A DNA stretch of 64,000 bases from Bilabrum cf. latius (lineage: Eukaryota). The stretch covers positions 372,001 through 436,000 of the forward strand of contig OZ237745.1 of assembly GCA_965178125.1 (NCBI GenBank). The letters run 5' to 3'. Every line of letters begins with the position of its first letter. Positions within the stretch are counted from its first letter, which is position 1. The notes under the pieces were generated by a model. The model was not told the origin of the DNA and searched no databases. It saw only the letters and a list, made by a program, of their open reading frames with translations. The position numbers and the translations under genes are program-made. Below are positions 60,520-64,000 of the stretch, piece by piece.

Positions 60520-62910
60520 AATGGAAAATAAAATACCTCGATCTAGATTCAATGTCAAGGCGAAAGATATCCTGCGGGGCAAGTGAGACCATTCCCGACA
60601 CGACGCCCTGTGCTCCCGTCCTTCGTCGGCATTCGCTTTCTGCAAAGCAATAGTTTGTAGGGACTATCGCAGAACTGAGTACGGCGAAGAAGCCCTTAGC
60701 AACTATGTGACTGAGCTTTTCTTCGATGGGTCGACGCCAGTAGACCCAAGAAGGGAAGACCTGGTGTCTGACTTGAATTCATTTCTTGGCTCAGGTAAGG
60801 AGCCGTCCTATCGTGCAGACTCTGCTGCCAGCCGGCTGTAGATCAAAACCATATCGCGAAATTGTTCATATCTCTTATTGCAGGTACTGGCCGGGTAGTT
60901 GACGAGCTTCTCGCCCTTGGTGATGAGCGCGAAGTGGCGGTAGGCTCCAAACGATCGCTTGCTGAGGAGCAGATAGACACGGAAGGAGGCTCCAAGCGGA
61001 GACGTGTTGACAAAGGATCAGGAAGCCACGATTCATTGAATCCAATTGAAGCCAGACCACCCTCACTGCCTGGCACGGACCCAGTGCTCGCCCAGCAGCA
61101 GATGATGATGATGGCAATGATGGCTCAGGCCGCAGGCTCGCTGCCTGCTGGCGCTGGCAGATCCGAGCCGGTCAAGCCGTCTTCCTCTGCCTCAACAGGT
61201 TCATCTCACGCTGTGCTGGGTCCGTCAATCGGCAGTTCGGACTCGTCGGCTGGGACGCACAAAACGAGCGCAGCCTCACACTCGGAACCCCCATCGTCGG
61301 CAGCCCAACCAGCAATCGTGAAGGGCCCACTGGCTGGCGCCGCAGACGATGACCCGGACGATGATGCAGGGTGGGCGGACCAGTCGACTGCGGACATTCA
61401 CCCACCAGCAGGACCCGCCACTTCCTCGTCCACCTCATCATCAGCATCCGCATCAGCAGCATCCTCATCAGCCTCATCCTCATCAGCAGCATCCTCGGCC
61501 ACAGGCACCTCTGCAAATGGTGGCGCGCTTAGCTACACGGGTCCATTGGATGGCCTCGTGGTGCGGCTCTCAGGGCTGCCTCAATTCATCGACTCGGACG
61601 CGAGGCTGGCGCGGGAGATGTCGCTGCATGGCAGCGTGATCGACGCCCGGCTGGCAGAACGGGTCCGGGGCGGCGGCGACGTGCTGTTCCGGTCTAGAGG
61701 AGAGGCTCTCCGCGCTGCATCGTCGCAGCAGCTGGTGCAAGGGGTGAAGGGGGTCCAGGGATGGCTGCAGAAGGACGGCGGGGCCTTCGGGAAGGAGAGG
61801 ATGATGGCGGAGCGAGAGAAGAAGGCGAAGGAACAGTAGCGCGGTAGGGGTGGCAGTGGCACTGGCGAGGGGTCGACCCGGCCGCTTTCAGCCCAGGAGA
61901 AATCGGCACAGATGCGGCTTGACTTCATCAAGGGTCAAGAGCCTCTTGTGGAAGCATTCAGGGCCACCCTGCAGGAGGTAAAGCGAAACCGTGGCAGGCT
62001 ACATGAGTTGGATTCGGCGGGCGAGGGAGACTCTGCAGAAGCGCGAGATTTGTTGAAGAAGACCTAGGAGTTGGCAGTGCGCGCGAAAACGGAGGGGAAT
62101 CGGGTTGTAAACGCTGCACGCACAGCTATGACGGCCGCTCAGGCTGACGCCGAACGGGTCCAGGGATTGCGGGAGCGACTGGATGCAAAGTCTGGCGGGT
62201 CCTCAAGCGGCCCCAGCAAGTCTGGAGGAGACCGACACCCTTCTTCCCTGGTGCGAGCCAGCAAGTCTGGCTACCTCAAGGATCCCGCCCACTCTGCATC
62301 TTCCCCTCGGGTCGGCGCCAGTGGTGACAATGGCAGGGCGGAGGGCAGCAACGGTGCGGTGCCAGACAAAGAGCAAGTGGAACATGTCAAAGACGCGGGA
62401 GATGATGAAGAAGAGTAGGCCGAGGATGGCGCCGGTACTGGAGCTGCAGAAACAGGCGCATCGGCTGAGGATCTGTTCTTCGCGACTTCTGTGCCGCCCT
62501 CCGCGCGCACTGAGGGGGACCGTGCTGCGGCTGACGGCAGCAGCCCTGCAGGGCAAGCGTCTAGCGGTGCAGGGGGCTCGGCCGCACCAGTTCCTGCAAC
62601 TTCTTCTTCTTCGTCGTCGTCGTCATCTGGTGCAGATGCCGCATCTGCGGAGGCTTAGCCCAGTGCATCGGGACGCACTTTGTCAATCGAGGCATCCAGC
62701 ATACCAGGCTATGATCCATCCGCGCCTGCCTCCTCCCTTGATGCCCTGAAGGTGCACATGGGCGCATTTGGCGCCGTGGAGGGTGTCACTGCCGACGGGG
62801 ATAATGGTGCGGCTGTCCTTGTCCGCTTCGGAGACGCCAAGGCGGCGGAGATGGCGTCACAGATGGGTAGAGCCATGGGAGGAAAGTTGCTCGATGTGAA
62901 GGTGGTGTGA
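60520..62910 (+). CDS. PWI-like + RRM RNA-binding protein (RBM26/27-like; introns near 5' end)
   Basis: ALSNYV..L.SFLG..VVDEL (PWI-like), two RRM-like segments and a coiled coil; joined by TAGs; ends TGA. Confidence 0.6.
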
Positions 62911-63089
62911 CTCTTCTGGGTGAAATGGGTGAGTTAATAAGGCTGGAATTCCTGATATTAAATTGTTTTGCGTAGAAATCCGGATTCCGGATACAGCCAA
63001 TCCAGGTCCTGGTAGAACGCCGCAGTGCCCAATAATCGATGCTTCGAAACAAATGGGGCCGTCCACCGGATCAACTAAAGAGAACCACA

Positions 63090-64000
63090 TCATGCAGGGG
63101 GGCCAGGGGGTGGCCGGGGCGCCTGTTTCTTGCCGGTTGGTGCCGGCGCTTTCGGGCTTTTTCTGCCATGGGGCGGTCTGCGCGCACTGGCTGGCCTGCC
63201 TGCTGCCGGCGGCGACGACACTAAACTGGAAGGATCTTTCGCAGTACTCGGCGGTGCTGGGGGCGGCCTGGCCCCTTTCGGGGGTGCAGGCCTGGAGCTC
63301 TTGCTTGGGGGTGATGGTCTGCCTCCCTTGGGTGCCTTGGGTGCGCCGCGGCTTGGGGGCGCTCTCGGCCCGTTGCCTGGTGGGTCTCTTGGTGGGGCTC
63401 GGGGCGATGCGGGGGCGCGGGAGGGCCGCGGGGGAGCCTTCGGCGGTGACTTGGGAGCTGTCGAGTCCCCGGTGCTCTTGTTCCCCGCGTCCTTTTGCTC
63501 CGGTTTTCCCGGGATGAGTGGCATGGCCCTCTGGCGGATCCTTTCGGGCGGCTCACTCGAGCTCCTCCTCGTCCGCTGCATTGCCTCGATGCTGAACCTG
63601 TCTTCATCGCCATCTCCGCCATCCTCATCATCTCTACCAGCTCGATTCCTCGCGTCCCAAGCCCCAGCACCATCTGCAGCGCTGCCAGCTCCGGCGCTAT
63701 CACCGGGAATCTCGCTGTCTAGAGGCGATGAGCCTGTCCCTGCCCTGCTCCGTCCAGTGGGGGCTATCGATGGCTTGCCACCTCTGCTTGAACCATTCTT
63801 GCCAGTGCTTGCGCTCGTTTCATCACTCCTGTCCGTGCCCTTCCCGTCCTCGCCACTGCCAGCCGCAACGTCCAATCCGCGGCTAGACCGAATCCTGCCG
63901 ATCGCACCGAGCATCTGCTGCGAATCAGTGCCGCTGCCTCGGCGCCGGATATCGCCCTCGATCATGTCGCGCAGAGCGGCCGCGTCGTGCTCTTCATCGC
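63090..64000 (-). CDS. 3' end of a proline-rich protein (runs off the window)
   Basis: Long open frame with a Pro/Lys/Ser-rich C-terminus. Confidence 0.55.
   Translation of the reverse strand, partial: DEEHDAAALRDMIEGDIRRRGSGTDSQQMLGAIGRIRSSRGLDVAAGSGEDGKGTDRSDETSASTGKNGSSRGGKPSIAPTGRSRAGTGSSPLDSEIPGDSAGAGSAADGAGAWDARNRAGRDDEDGGDGDEDRFSIEAMQRTRRSSSEPPERIRQRAMPLIPGKPEQKDAGNKSTGDSTAPKSPPKAPPRPSRAPASPRAPPRDPPGNGPRAPPSRGAPKAPKGGRPSPPSKSSRPAPPKGARPPPAPPSTAKDPSSLVSSPPAAGRPASARRPPHGRKSPKAPAPTGKKQAPRPPPGPPA

Noticed and set aside
1-64000. Mass pseudogenisation as the cause of the fragmented ORFs
   Set aside because: Interruptions are almost exclusively TAG, keep the frame, and occur in essential genes (BRX1, PIGW, uL22) at conserved Gln sites.
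1-64000. Ciliate-type code (TAA and TAG = Gln) or pyrrolysine
   Set aside because: TAA terminates many intact genes and is absent in-frame even from the AT-rich MCP. TAG aligns with Gln, and no pyl machinery is present.
1-64000. Suppressor tRNA-Gln(CUA) or other RNA genes
   Set aside because: No cloverleaf or rRNA-like sequence recognised by eye; tRNAscan-SE/Infernal would be needed to exclude one.

Overview
GC-rich, intron-containing nuclear DNA from a unicellular eukaryote. The main result is a non-standard genetic code: TAG is a sense codon (Gln at diagnostic positions) while TAA and TGA remain stops, so the supplied ORF track is artificially fragmented. Re-read this way, the window holds a complete AT-rich endogenous virophage (18912-43485). 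It has ~980-bp TIRs, a 6-bp TSD CTACTT, an rve integrase, SF3 helicase, pPolB, GIY-YIG nuclease, major and minor capsid proteins, a packaging ATPase and a maturation protease, and it uses TAG=Gln heavily. The virophage is inserted in a decayed piggyBac-type transposon (18679-47154, atypical GTAT TSD). It carries an apparently intact Ngaro tyrosine-recombinase retrotransposon (34857-41516) and a solo repeat of a second Ngaro-like family in its right TIR. The left flank has a hAT element nested in a 5'-truncated CRE/R2-type non-LTR element, a ~1700-aa Kelch-BTB-BTB gene, an unclassified TIR element and an ankyrin gene with one repeat per exon. The right flank has ordinary host genes (MACPF-like, PIG-W, BRX1, bulb-lectin, SDR, mitochondrial L22, PWI/RRM protein). 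All family calls come from motifs read by eye and from recalled family knowledge; no searches were run.
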